From Chloroflexota bacterium (lineage in GTDB: Bacteria; Chloroflexota; UBA11872; VXOZ01), in NCBI GenBank assembly GCA_964291655.2, contig OZ219802.1:576001-640000 (forward strand): a DNA stretch of 64,000 nt, in the 5' to 3' direction. The position numbers and the translations under genes were made by a program. Under the pieces are notes generated by a model that saw nothing but the letters and a program-made list of their open reading frames with translations, made no database searches and had not been told where the DNA came from. Position 1 is the first letter of the stretch. Each line of letters opens with the position of its first letter. Positions 31,956 through 41,413 of this stretch are shown piece by piece.

Positions 31956-31985
31956 AAATTAACCACAATTCATAGAATTTGTCAA
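31956..31985 (-). promoter_or_regulatory. sigma70-like promoter of the small-ORF transcript
   Basis: TTGACA-N18-TAATTT in an AT-rich context. Confidence 0.6.
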
Positions 31986-32134
31986 GCGTTCGGAACCGAT
32001 TTGCTGCAGAATGAATTGATTAGTCTTGGAGAAAGAGAACACCCTTGGCGCTGCCGCACGCCGGCGGCTTACACGTACACTATTCTGGTCCGTTCCATCG
32101 ATACGTGGACGCCAAGAACTGCGTTACACCGGCT

Positions 32135-32785
32135 CTACAGCTCCATCTCGCTCAAGTAGCGGTCTTCTCCCACCAGCATCAAGACGTCGCCGTCTTGTAG
32201 GCGCTCGCTGGGGTACGGATCATAGATGACACTCTTATTGCGTCCAATCATCAGGACTCGCAGTCCGCTCTCTTCATCAAAACCCAAGACCTGCAGCGAC
32301 CGGCCGACAAAACGATCGGGAACGCGGATCTTGCTGACACCATAGCCTGGGACCACCTCCACATAGTCGAGTATGGCACGCGAAATGAACGTATGTGAAA
32401 TGCGCAGGCCGGCTTCATGTTCAGGATAGATCACCTGATCGGCGCCAATTCGATCCAGTATCTCACCATGAAGTTCATCACGTGCCTTTGCAATCACATA
32501 TGGCACGTCAAGATGTTTGAGAATCAGAGTGGTGACAATGCTGCTCTGAACGTCCGAACTAATGCCGACAACCACCACGTCGAAATTGCGAATGCCCAGC
32601 TCCTCCAAGGCTCCTTCATTTGACGTATCAGCCCGCACTACGTGGGTGAGGTCATCCGACATGTTCTCCACAAGGTCTTCATTCTTGTCCACGCCCAACA
32701 CATCGTACCCCAGGCTGGCAAGCTGAATAGCGGCGCTTCTACCAAAGCGCCCCAGACCAATGACGGCAATCTGCTGGTTTTGCAT
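32135..32785 (-). CDS. ktrA: TrkA/KtrA potassium uptake regulatory subunit
   Basis: IGLGRFG Rossmann motif, RCK_N plus RCK_C. Confidence 0.92.
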   Translation of the reverse strand: MQNQQIAVIGLGRFGRSAAIQLASLGYDVLGVDKNEDLVENMSDDLTHVVRADTSNEGALEELGIRNFDVVVVGISSDVQSSIVTTLILKHLDVPYVIAKARDELHGEILDRIGADQVIYPEHEAGLRISHTFISRAILDYVEVVPGYGVSKIRVPDRFVGRSLQVLGFDEESGLRVLMIGRNKSVIYDPYPSERLQDGDVLMLVGEDRYLSEMEL

Positions 32786-32795
32786 TCGCTATCTC

Positions 32796-34160
32796 CTATC
32801 CCACGCGTACCGATTCACTAGGATACTCCAAGAATTCGCGATGACTCTTCTGTGCAAGCAGCAGCACCAGGGTAAGTGGGCCAAGTCGCCCCACAAACAT
32901 TGCAAGTACCAAGAGTAGGCGACTCGCGTCGTGCAGTTGCGGCGTAATACCATAGGACATACCAACCGTGCCAAGCGCCGATGCAGCTTCGAAGAGAACC
33001 GGAAGGAAGCCCACGGGCTCGAAGTCAGCAAGCAGCCAGCTCACCGCAATGAGCAGCAAGGTAGCCAACGAGACAATGGCGAGTGACCGGAATACCACTC
33101 CCTGCGGAATTCGCCGGCGCAGTATCGAAGTTCGCGTCCGCCCGCGCATCACGGCCAAGATTGTGACACTGAGAATAGCAAATGTGGTCACCTTTATTCC
33201 ACCTGCAGTCGAACCTGGCGCGCCGCCTATGAGCATGAGCACCATCGTCAGGAAGGTTGTGTCCTCCGTCATATTACCGACAGGAAGCGTCACAAAGCCG
33301 GCCGTGCGGGCAGCGATGCTATGGAAGAACGTGTCTACCAGTTGCACGTGCCACACTTCTCCGGCCAGTGTAAGCGGATTGGTGCGTTCCCGCCAGAAGA
33401 ATGCCAACCCGCCAATTAACCACAGTGAGCTCGTGACGATCAATATCAGCTTGGTTTCCAGGCTAAAGCGCACCCAGCGCCGCGACATTACAACATCCTG
33501 AAACAGCACGTAGCCCGTACTGCCAAACACGACCAGCGCCCCAATTACGACAAGCAAAAACTCCTCCCGGCGAAAGCCTGTCAAGCTGGTAAAGCCTCCC
33601 ATGAGATCGAATCCAGCGTTGTTAAATGCCGATATGCCGTGAAATAATCCCATCCAAAACGCCCTGGACGGCTCATTGCTCTGCGCAAAGTAGAGCGACA
33701 GCGCCAGGACACCAACAGCCTGGACCATGATCGTCCAGATTGCGATGTTTCGGGCGATACTAACGATGCCCCCAATTCCGGTTAGGTTGAGCGCCTCACG
33801 CATGAGAACCTGCTGGCGCAGCCGAATCCTTTGTCCTAGCACCATGAACAAGAGGATTGAGCTAGTCATGAAACCAAAGCCGCCCAACTGTATGAGCGCA
33901 AGAATCACGACGTGGCCGAACGTCGTCCAGTGGTCTCCGGTATCTACCACTACCAACCCGGTTACGCACACGGCTGACGTGGCAGTGAAAAGGGCATCGA
34001 TCAGAGAGGTGCTATTGCCGGGCTTAGTGGCCGCGGGCAACATAAGCAGCAACGTTCCCAAGGCGATGAGGGCGGCAAATCCTCCCGCAAGGACAAATGA
34101 AGAGCCGAATTTCCGCCGTCGCTCGTACCCCTTGGGATTGGGAGGTGGCGTCACCAGCAC
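32796..34160 (-). CDS. ktrB: TrkH/KtrB potassium uptake membrane subunit
   Basis: SAVCVTGL, SAFNNAGF, RTAGF, STAGGIK, GTVGMS pore motifs. Confidence 0.93.
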   Translation of the reverse strand: MLVTPPPNPKGYERRRKFGSSFVLAGGFAALIALGTLLLMLPAATKPGNSTSLIDALFTATSAVCVTGLVVVDTGDHWTTFGHVVILALIQLGGFGFMTSSILLFMVLGQRIRLRQQVLMREALNLTGIGGIVSIARNIAIWTIMVQAVGVLALSLYFAQSNEPSRAFWMGLFHGISAFNNAGFDLMGGFTSLTGFRREEFLLVVIGALVVFGSTGYVLFQDVVMSRRWVRFSLETKLILIVTSSLWLIGGLAFFWRERTNPLTLAGEVWHVQLVDTFFHSIAARTAGFVTLPVGNMTEDTTFLTMVLMLIGGAPGSTAGGIKVTTFAILSVTILAVMRGRTRTSILRRRIPQGVVFRSLAIVSLATLLLIAVSWLLADFEPVGFLPVLFEAASALGTVGMSYGITPQLHDASRLLLVLAMFVGRLGPLTLVLLLAQKSHREFLEYPSESVRVG

Positions 34161-34318
34161 TACTTTGGGAGCGTGCTGGTGCTCTCCTTGCTGCGTGCCG
34201 TCCCCTTCAGAGGGTCCGTTGTCTGAGGAGCCTATGGCCGCGTCCCTCCCCTAGCTGAGCGATACGCGGATCTCTTTACATTTGAGTAGCTACCTGCCAC
34301 CTATCGATGCTACGTAGG

Positions 34319-36373
34319 CTAGGTAGCTTCCGCTACAAAGCGGACAGTAACGAGTTCGTGAGTGCCAAGTTGCGGTACTGTCACACTCAGCACATTGTCG
34401 CTGACGCTATATTCGGCATCGGTTCCACTTACCATTAGTCGCGCATCTTGCACTGCATTGCCAGGTTGCAACACCACCCGTACTTCCTGGGCGCCGACAT
34501 TCACGACTTCATCCACCGACCCTCGCCACGCATCCGCACTGGTGAGATTCACGAGGTGCACCTGGAGCATGTTGCCAAGGACAAGCACGCCAATGTCTAC
34601 TAGGCCCGGTCCCTCCACGGTAACCGGCAATTCGCTGCCATGGGCCCAGCGCACCGCATGTGCGAGCAGGCCGGAGAGATCAGTATTATTCTGTTCCCAA
34701 ATGGCGTGGGCGATGTCTCCTGGGAAGTAAACGATCCGGCTCTGTTCCTGTTCGCGCGCGAACAGGACCGGACGGGAGATCTGAGGTAGCTCCGACATCG
34801 CGTATTCGACCGGTTCTGCAGGCGCCGGCGGCACCAGCACTAAGGGCGTATCCGTCCTCGCCAAGGGTTGCACAAGGCTAAGCCGCGTGGCCGCCGGCAA
34901 GACGATTGTATCGGTATACGGCTGAACGATCGGATGATCACCGCCGATCTGATACTGCGCGTGGTCCAGACCTGCAATCGGCTCGCGGCCTGAAGCGGTA
35001 ACGCCCAGCACGTCTGCCAGTGCAAAGTCGGTGCGGTATTCCCCTGAGGTGTCTCGCCGCGAGGTCTCAAACGTCGCCACCAGGCTGCGGCCGCTGCTCA
35101 CGAAACTCCTAATCTGCTGGGAGTGGCTATCCGAGAGTTCACTGATGTTTGGGAGCAGGATCAACTGATAGTCCTGCAGCGCCCCTGCTTGGATGCGATC
35201 TAGCTCCACCAAATCGAATGGAATGCGCGCCCGCAGCAGGGCTAAGCATGCGCCCATTACGTGACTGTTGAAGCCACATATGGCATCGGCATCCGTGCTG
35301 TTGGCATAGAGCACTCCCACTGTCGCGCCGGGAATGCGTCCTCCCAGAATCTGCTCATGCTGACTCTGCCATGAAAGAGCGGGAGCCATCTGCTGGAATA
35401 TTCTGCGATCGCGCGGCACTGCCGCGAAACTGGTCCAGGGCCAGGCGCCATGTGCAAGAATCTCAGCTAACGTTACCGGGATTGTTGCCGGAGAAATCGC
35501 GTCCGAGGCGCCGCTGCCCACGTTGACCGTGACATAGGCCGCTTTTCCTCTGCCTGCAACGCCTCTCGCCTTGCGACTCACCAAGCCTGCCGTCCAGAGT
35601 GGGTGCTGCCCCCCACCGGCTTCATGCTGGCCCACGACGAATTCCGCCAGCGAAGCTACCCGGCCCTGGGTCGTGTCCCCAACCCACAAGGTATTGGCGC
35701 GTGCCTCCTTAGTAATCCGGTCCAGGAAGCTCCAGAGTTCTTCATCCACTTCTCGCCGCCAGCGTTGCCAACTCCGATGCGAACGTTCCTCTTCCGAACT
35801 CGCCGGCGACCGGCGAACTGGTCTGGGAAGCCGCATCTCTGCTTCCCGAGCGTACCGTTTCTCGCAGTAGGTGCAGTAGCAAATCTGGCGGTTTCCTTGC
35901 CAGTTATGCCCGAGAAAGCCATCCACGGGGTATCGGCCGGCGATCTCACGGACAATCGCAGGCAAGTATTCCCGGTAATACGGTGAGTTGATACAGGTGT
36001 AGTAGAGGCCGTTCGCGCGGCGCGGCTTACCTTCGTGGTCCACCATGAACCAATCGGGGTGGGCATAGTAGAGGTCCTCGTGGCCCATACTGGGGTCGAT
36101 GCGAGCGAGCACAACCAGGTCTTGGTCCTTTGCCGCCTCCACCATTTCCCCGAATACATCGCGCTCGCCGAGCGAGGGGCTGCGGCGATGAAACGGCACT
36201 TCCGTAGGATAGAACGCCAAAATACCACCCGCGCTCAGAGCTACGCCGCCGAACCCATTCTCACGCCAACGCTCCTGCCACCAATCAACGTCCACGTGTT
36301 GTGGATCAGCCTCATGGAGCACTACCTGTCCAAAGCGAATGAACTGATCGTACCAAGGCATCTCCCGGGCCAT
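34319..36373 (-). CDS. putative glycoside hydrolase (GHL6-like TIM barrel plus beta-galactosidase trimerisation-like domain)
   Basis: AGGILAFYPT, HPDWF, CINSPY, DGF..N, CYC.YC; GATase-like C-terminal part. Confidence 0.75.
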   Translation of the reverse strand: MAREMPWYDQFIRFGQVVLHEADPQHVDVDWWQERWRENGFGGVALSAGGILAFYPTEVPFHRRSPSLGERDVFGEMVEAAKDQDLVVLARIDPSMGHEDLYYAHPDWFMVDHEGKPRRANGLYYTCINSPYYREYLPAIVREIAGRYPVDGFLGHNWQGNRQICYCTYCEKRYAREAEMRLPRPVRRSPASSEEERSHRSWQRWRREVDEELWSFLDRITKEARANTLWVGDTTQGRVASLAEFVVGQHEAGGGQHPLWTAGLVSRKARGVAGRGKAAYVTVNVGSGASDAISPATIPVTLAEILAHGAWPWTSFAAVPRDRRIFQQMAPALSWQSQHEQILGGRIPGATVGVLYANSTDADAICGFNSHVMGACLALLRARIPFDLVELDRIQAGALQDYQLILLPNISELSDSHSQQIRSFVSSGRSLVATFETSRRDTSGEYRTDFALADVLGVTASGREPIAGLDHAQYQIGGDHPIVQPYTDTIVLPAATRLSLVQPLARTDTPLVLVPPAPAEPVEYAMSELPQISRPVLFAREQEQSRIVYFPGDIAHAIWEQNNTDLSGLLAHAVRWAHGSELPVTVEGPGLVDIGVLVLGNMLQVHLVNLTSADAWRGSVDEVVNVGAQEVRVVLQPGNAVQDARLMVSGTDAEYSVSDNVLSVTVPQLGTHELVTVRFVAEAT

Positions 36374-36884
36374 ACTGGCTCCCTTCATGTCTAACTTGCA
36401 AGGCTCCGAGAAGCCTTGCGACACGTGTGTTTACGTTTACCCCGCTTTATTCTCAGTCTATCCAACACCCACCGAATCTTCAAATGCCGAGCCCTGCGCC
36501 ACCTCCTGTTCCATTGACTTAGAGATTTGTCTCTATGCCGAAGCCGGACCAGTGCATGGTCACAGCGGCAGCATTTAGACGGAACGCTCTTTCTCCTCTA
36601 TGTAAAGTAGCCGCTTAGACCGACAGCTTGCAGTAGGGCAGACTACAAAACTGCCCTTGCACGGCGCCGGCCTCAAGGCAACTTTGCGTTCCCTGGCCTG
36701 CCTCAATGGACTTGCCACGTGTTAGGTTGGAGAGTGCGATGGACTCAAAATCCAATTGAACATTCCTGACACGGTGGTTCAATTCGGTGTACACTACCAG
36801 CGGCAATGAGATGAAGTGTTGATGCCAAATCGCCGCACTTCGAAATAGGCATCTTCCCCAGCACTTTACAACGATAGGAGCACT

Positions 36885-39125
36885 TTGGCAGCCATGTCCG
36901 CGGAAGAAACGCACGAGCAGTTTGGAACTGCGACACTTGAACCGGCCGGCTACGCCATTGCGGGCGCCTATGGCTCCTGGCGGCTCCGCTACACGGTTGG
37001 CGCCCAAGGCATCGCTACCGGTGGCGCCATCAGGATCTATACGGATTCGGACACTGACTGGGGAGTACCACAGCTAACCAACCCTACCCAAGCTGAGTAC
37101 ATGACCGTGGCTGCCCCATCGGATTCAGGCCTTGACGTTCTGGTTGAGGATATTAAGTCGATTAGACTTCGTGTCCAGGGACGCGACCTGCGGGCAGGAG
37201 AATGCGTCGTGGTGACATACGGTGATCAAGCCGGAGGCGGGCCCGGATCGCGCGCTCAGACCTTCCTGGAGGAAAGGCGATACTTCTGGGTGGCAGTTGA
37301 TGCGAGCGGAATCGGCGACTTCACAACCTTGCCAAACTCGCCGTACCTTTCCGTCGTGGGCGGCCAAGCCGTGAAGCTGGCAGTTGTAGCGCCCTCGACA
37401 GTCGTCGTAGGCGAACCATTCCGCACACTCATTCGTGCCGAAGATGCGTGGGGTAATCCCGCCAACGCATACGCGGGCACAATCGCGATCACTGCGGAGG
37501 GCATAGAGCTTTCGGAGCAGGATCGACATCTGACGTTTCTTCCTAGCGATCACGGTGTGCAGGCGATTGAGGAGTGTTCTGCCACCAGCGCCGGCACGCA
37601 GCGCATTCACGCTGTAGACTCGCATTGCAATCTCGTTGCACGCAGCAATCCAATTCTCGCCACCGAACGACAGCCGGAGCACAATCTCTACTGGGCCGAT
37701 CCCCACGGCGGCCAAGTCGCCCTGGCGGCGAAGATTCCCGGCTTCTTCCGCTTTGCCCGTGACGTTGCAGCCTTGGACTTTGTCGGCTATCAACGCAATG
37801 ATCACATGGTCTCTGCAGAAGACTGGCGGCTGCAGCAGGAAGCCGAAGCCGCCTTCTCAGACCCCGGTCGCTTTGTTCCGTTACCGGGATTCGAATGGTC
37901 GCCGGAAACAGCGCGGGGCGGTCATCACAACGTCTATTTCCGGCGGCATAATCAACCAATCCGGCGCAACAGCCACGCGCAAGTTGCCGACAAGTCGGAC
38001 GTCGCTACCGATCTCCCCCACGTGCGCGATCTCTACGCGGCGTATCGCCACAGCGACGTGCTCATCACGCCCCACGTCGGCGGCGCGCACGCGGACTTGG
38101 ACTATCACGAACCCTCAATTGAGCCCGCCATCGAGATTACGTCTACCCACGGTTCATTTGAGTGGTTTCTCGAAGAAGCGCTGCAAAATCGCTACACCGT
38201 CGGCTTCGTCGGCGGCAGCGACAGTCACACCGGCAGGCCCGGCACGGACGCTCCCGGCTTCCAGCCGCGGCGTTATGCGCGCGCCGGGCTCACTGGCATC
38301 TATGCGGCCGGTCTCACTCTAGAAGCGTTTTTTGAGGCGCTCAAGGCGCGCAGATGCTATGCGACTACCGGCGCAAGAATTGTCATGCACGTAGCCGCGG
38401 ACGGCCGGCCCATGGGTGCAGCCTTTGGCACGCCCACACCGCCCACCATTGGTGTTTCCGTCACCGGCACGGCTCCGCTTGAGAGCATAGAGCTTTTCCG
38501 CGGATTAGAGCGGATATACTCCCATAGCATTGAGGACGCGCAAGACCCCGGACGTGTGCGAATCCTTTGGCAAGGCGCGAGTCGCAAGTCCAGCTATTCC
38601 GGCGTCGTGTGGGACGGCACCGTGAGAGTCTCGGGGAGCAAGGCAACTGCAGTCGAGACTATCCGATTCGATAGTCCCCGATCCCATCTCTTGGATGTTA
38701 CCGACCGCAGCCTGCGCTGGCATTCGGTGACGTGCGGCTACCGCAGCGGCGTCGTTTTGACCCTGGACGACAGCACGAACGCTATCCTCGATCTTGCCGT
38801 CAATTCGTCGCTTATCAGCCGTCCGCGCTTCGGTGCGTACGGCTCGTCCGGTCCGCAGATTCTCGCGCACGCCCCCGCGGAATCTCTCGCCTTTAGCATC
38901 CCTGTGCAAGACCTCACAGAAGGGCCTCGAGAGTTCGCTCTGGGGCCTCTTGACCGCAAGGTGACCGTCTCCCTCGCGCCAAGCGAATCCGGACCGGAGA
39001 GTGCTTCGTTCACGTTCACCGACCCCACCCCGCAACCGGGCGTGAATCCGTATTGGGTGCGTGTTATTCAAACTGATATGGAAATGGCGTGGTCGAGCCC
39101 GGTGTTCGTTGACTTCACAGGCTAA
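36885..39125 (+). CDS. DUF3604-like PHP-fold metallohydrolase
   Basis: YWADPHG, GFEWS, GGHHNV, GGSDSH.G.PG, RRCYATTG, MAWSSPV. Confidence 0.8.
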   Translation: MAAMSAEETHEQFGTATLEPAGYAIAGAYGSWRLRYTVGAQGIATGGAIRIYTDSDTDWGVPQLTNPTQAEYMTVAAPSDSGLDVLVEDIKSIRLRVQGRDLRAGECVVVTYGDQAGGGPGSRAQTFLEERRYFWVAVDASGIGDFTTLPNSPYLSVVGGQAVKLAVVAPSTVVVGEPFRTLIRAEDAWGNPANAYAGTIAITAEGIELSEQDRHLTFLPSDHGVQAIEECSATSAGTQRIHAVDSHCNLVARSNPILATERQPEHNLYWADPHGGQVALAAKIPGFFRFARDVAALDFVGYQRNDHMVSAEDWRLQQEAEAAFSDPGRFVPLPGFEWSPETARGGHHNVYFRRHNQPIRRNSHAQVADKSDVATDLPHVRDLYAAYRHSDVLITPHVGGAHADLDYHEPSIEPAIEITSTHGSFEWFLEEALQNRYTVGFVGGSDSHTGRPGTDAPGFQPRRYARAGLTGIYAAGLTLEAFFEALKARRCYATTGARIVMHVAADGRPMGAAFGTPTPPTIGVSVTGTAPLESIELFRGLERIYSHSIEDAQDPGRVRILWQGASRKSSYSGVVWDGTVRVSGSKATAVETIRFDSPRSHLLDVTDRSLRWHSVTCGYRSGVVLTLDDSTNAILDLAVNSSLISRPRFGAYGSSGPQILAHAPAESLAFSIPVQDLTEGPREFALGPLDRKVTVSLAPSESGPESASFTFTDPTPQPGVNPYWVRVIQTDMEMAWSSPVFVDFTG

Positions 39126-39307
39126 CTGCATCAGTTGCGGTCTGCGAGCTTCCCTTTACCTCAACACGCTCGTGAGGAGGACTATTGTGCAGCCGCGATA
39201 CGCACCTCACTGAGTGCGCAGGACTTGGTTGTCACGAAGCAGCTTTCGTTCTAAGATGAACCTCTGAGCGCTAAACTGTACGGTCATTCTCTGAGGAGGA
39301 ATCTCTC

Positions 39308-39778
39308 ATGGCAACAGTAGGAACTGAAGTCGGCCAAGAAGCGCCGGACTTTACCTTAGAAAACCAAGAAGGTGATCAGGTCAGCCTGTCTGACTATCGC
39401 GGCAAGCAGAACGTCGTGCTCGTCTTCTATGTCGGCGCATTCAGCAGCATCTGCGACGGCGAGTTTCGTGGCTTAACCGCGAATGCCGGTCGTTACGACG
39501 CCAGCGACGCGGCGGTGATTGGTGTATCCACGGATACCAAGTGGACGCTCAAGCAGTACAAAGAGGCAAACGGCTTTCCCGCTACATTCCTTGCCGATTT
39601 CTGGCCGCATGGCGCCGTGGCTCAGCAGTACGGCGTCTTCTTTGACCCGCTAGGCGTTGCCACACGCGGCACCTTCATTATCGATAAGAACGGTGTGATT
39701 CAAGGCAAGACCGTCAACGAGCCGCTCGATCCGCGTGACGAGAAAGACAATTTCGCTGCCCTGCAGCAGTGCTCGTAA
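39308..39778 (+). CDS. AhpE-type 1-Cys peroxiredoxin
   Basis: APDFTL, AFSSICDGE, ADFWPHGAVAQQYGVF, RGTFIIDK; GAGGAGG RBS. Confidence 0.9.
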   Translation: MATVGTEVGQEAPDFTLENQEGDQVSLSDYRGKQNVVLVFYVGAFSSICDGEFRGLTANAGRYDASDAAVIGVSTDTKWTLKQYKEANGFPATFLADFWPHGAVAQQYGVFFDPLGVATRGTFIIDKNGVIQGKTVNEPLDPRDEKDNFAALQQCS

Positions 39779-39870
39779 CGCAATTCCTCTAGATCCCTCG
39801 CTCGCATAGGTAGGCATCCCTGAGGTCTCACGAGGATGGCTGCATTAGTCGCTTGGAACGACCTCTTACT

Positions 39871-39942
39871 GTAGCGCGGGGGCTTGTCCCCCGCCTCTGG
39901 CACGCGGGGGTTTGTCCACCGCCTCTTGGGAGCGGGGGTCTC
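39871..39942 (+). repeat. GTAG-type REP with degenerate tandem copies
   Basis: GTAGCGCGGGGGCTTGTCCCCCGC, then CACGCGGGGGTTTGTCCACCGC and a partial third copy. Confidence 0.65.
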
Positions 39943-40207
39943 GCGGTTCTTGGAAGTACCGCTATATTTTTGATAGAAAGCTCTTGCCCGTTGTGAACCG
40001 GCAGCTAACTCGGTAGAGGCCCTTCTGCACACACGCGGCGACCATTCTTGCGAGATTTCAGCGCATGGCCCGGTTTGGCAGTGCTTGGCGGGCAATACGC
40101 ACACGTCGCATTGTCTCCGCGAAGCTTCATCTCACCAATGGACAGCGCTGCCCCTACCTGATAGCATTGCCGTTGAAGTATAGCGAACCGTCAGGTAGGT
40201 AACGCCC

Positions 40208-41413
40208 TTGGTACCCTTAGCCCTTATCGAAAACCTATCAGAGCAGACTCCGTCTAAGATACTCTTTCTCGTCCTTGACGGCTTGGGCGGTATGCCGCAC
40301 CCGGAAGTTGGGAAATCTGAGCTTGAGGGCGCGCGTATCCCAAACCTGGACCGCTTTGCCAGACTATCTATCTGCGGCGTCACCGATCCCATTGCACCCG
40401 GGATAACGCCGGGTAGCGGGCCGTCACATCTGGCGCTCTTTGGGTACAACCCGATTAGATTCGATATTGGCAGGGGTGTGCTCTCTGCGCTTGGCATAGA
40501 CTTCCCTATCGGCCCGAACGACGTCTGCTTCCGAGCAAACTTTGCCACAGTCGATGCAGACGGCAATATCACCGACCGCCGCGCCGGCCGGCTGGCAACT
40601 GAGATAAATCGCGAACTCTGTGCGTTGTTGCGGCACATACATCTGCCCGAAGTTGAGGTTTTCGTCGAGACAGAGTCCGGGCACCGCGCTCTCGTGGTAT
40701 TCCGCGGCGAGGGACTCTCTGACTATGTAACGGACACGGACCCGCAACACACCGGCGTCCCACCCAGCTCCTCCGCGCCAACCCAAGAGGAAGCAGTGCC
40801 TATGGCGCAGATAGTCAACACCTTTCTCGCCGAGGCCGCCATGGTGCTGCAGGGACAAGAGCCCGCCAATGCGCTTCTTCTGCGCGGTGCGGCCAGCCTG
40901 CCCGATATTCCAACGATGCCGCAGGTCTACAAGCTATCCCCGGCAGCGATTGCCACCTACCCCATGTACCGCGGCCTTGCGAAGCTGGTTGGCATGGAGG
41001 TGTTGGAAACTGGAGACTCAATCTGGGACGAATTTGAAACACTGCAGCAGAACTGGGAAGAGTACGACTTCTTCTACTTCCATGTTAAGGCCACGGACAC
41101 CGCAGGCGAAGACGGAGACTTCAACCGGAAGGTGCAGGTTCTTGAAGAGATAGACAGTCTGATTCCCGCCCTGCTTCGCCTGCAGCCGGACGTCTTCGTC
41201 ATCACCGGAGACCACTCCTCGCCCTCGGCTCTCAGTGGGCACTCTTGGCATCCCGTGCCATTTGCCCTCTATAGCAATACGTGCATTAGCGACGACATCT
41301 CCGAGTTCACAGAACGCGCGCTTGTGCGAGGCAGCCTCGGCCGCTTCCCAGCACAAGACGCAATGCAGCTTGCAATGGGCCATGCGCAAAAGCTCGCCAA
41401 GTACGGCGCTTAG
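40208..41413 (+). CDS. apgM: 2,3-bisphosphoglycerate-independent phosphoglycerate mutase (ApgM type)
   Basis: LDGLGG, TPGSGPSHL, DRRAGR, HVKATD.AGEDG, TGDHSSP, HSWHPVP. Confidence 0.93.
   Translation: MVPLALIENLSEQTPSKILFLVLDGLGGMPHPEVGKSELEGARIPNLDRFARLSICGVTDPIAPGITPGSGPSHLALFGYNPIRFDIGRGVLSALGIDFPIGPNDVCFRANFATVDADGNITDRRAGRLATEINRELCALLRHIHLPEVEVFVETESGHRALVVFRGEGLSDYVTDTDPQHTGVPPSSSAPTQEEAVPMAQIVNTFLAEAAMVLQGQEPANALLLRGAASLPDIPTMPQVYKLSPAAIATYPMYRGLAKLVGMEVLETGDSIWDEFETLQQNWEEYDFFYFHVKATDTAGEDGDFNRKVQVLEEIDSLIPALLRLQPDVFVITGDHSSPSALSGHSWHPVPFALYSNTCISDDISEFTERALVRGSLGRFPAQDAMQLAMGHAQKLAKYGA

Noticed and set aside
39996-40022. CCGGCAGCTAACTCGGTAGAGGC resembles the 3' end of a c-di-AMP riboswitch
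   Set aside because: The 5' half of the aptamer is not recognisable upstream, and the downstream gene apgM is atypical
41235-41381. Long N-terminal extension of SelA given by the ORF track
   Set aside because: Overlaps the conserved C-terminus of apgM; SelA homology starts at LRQLPSVD
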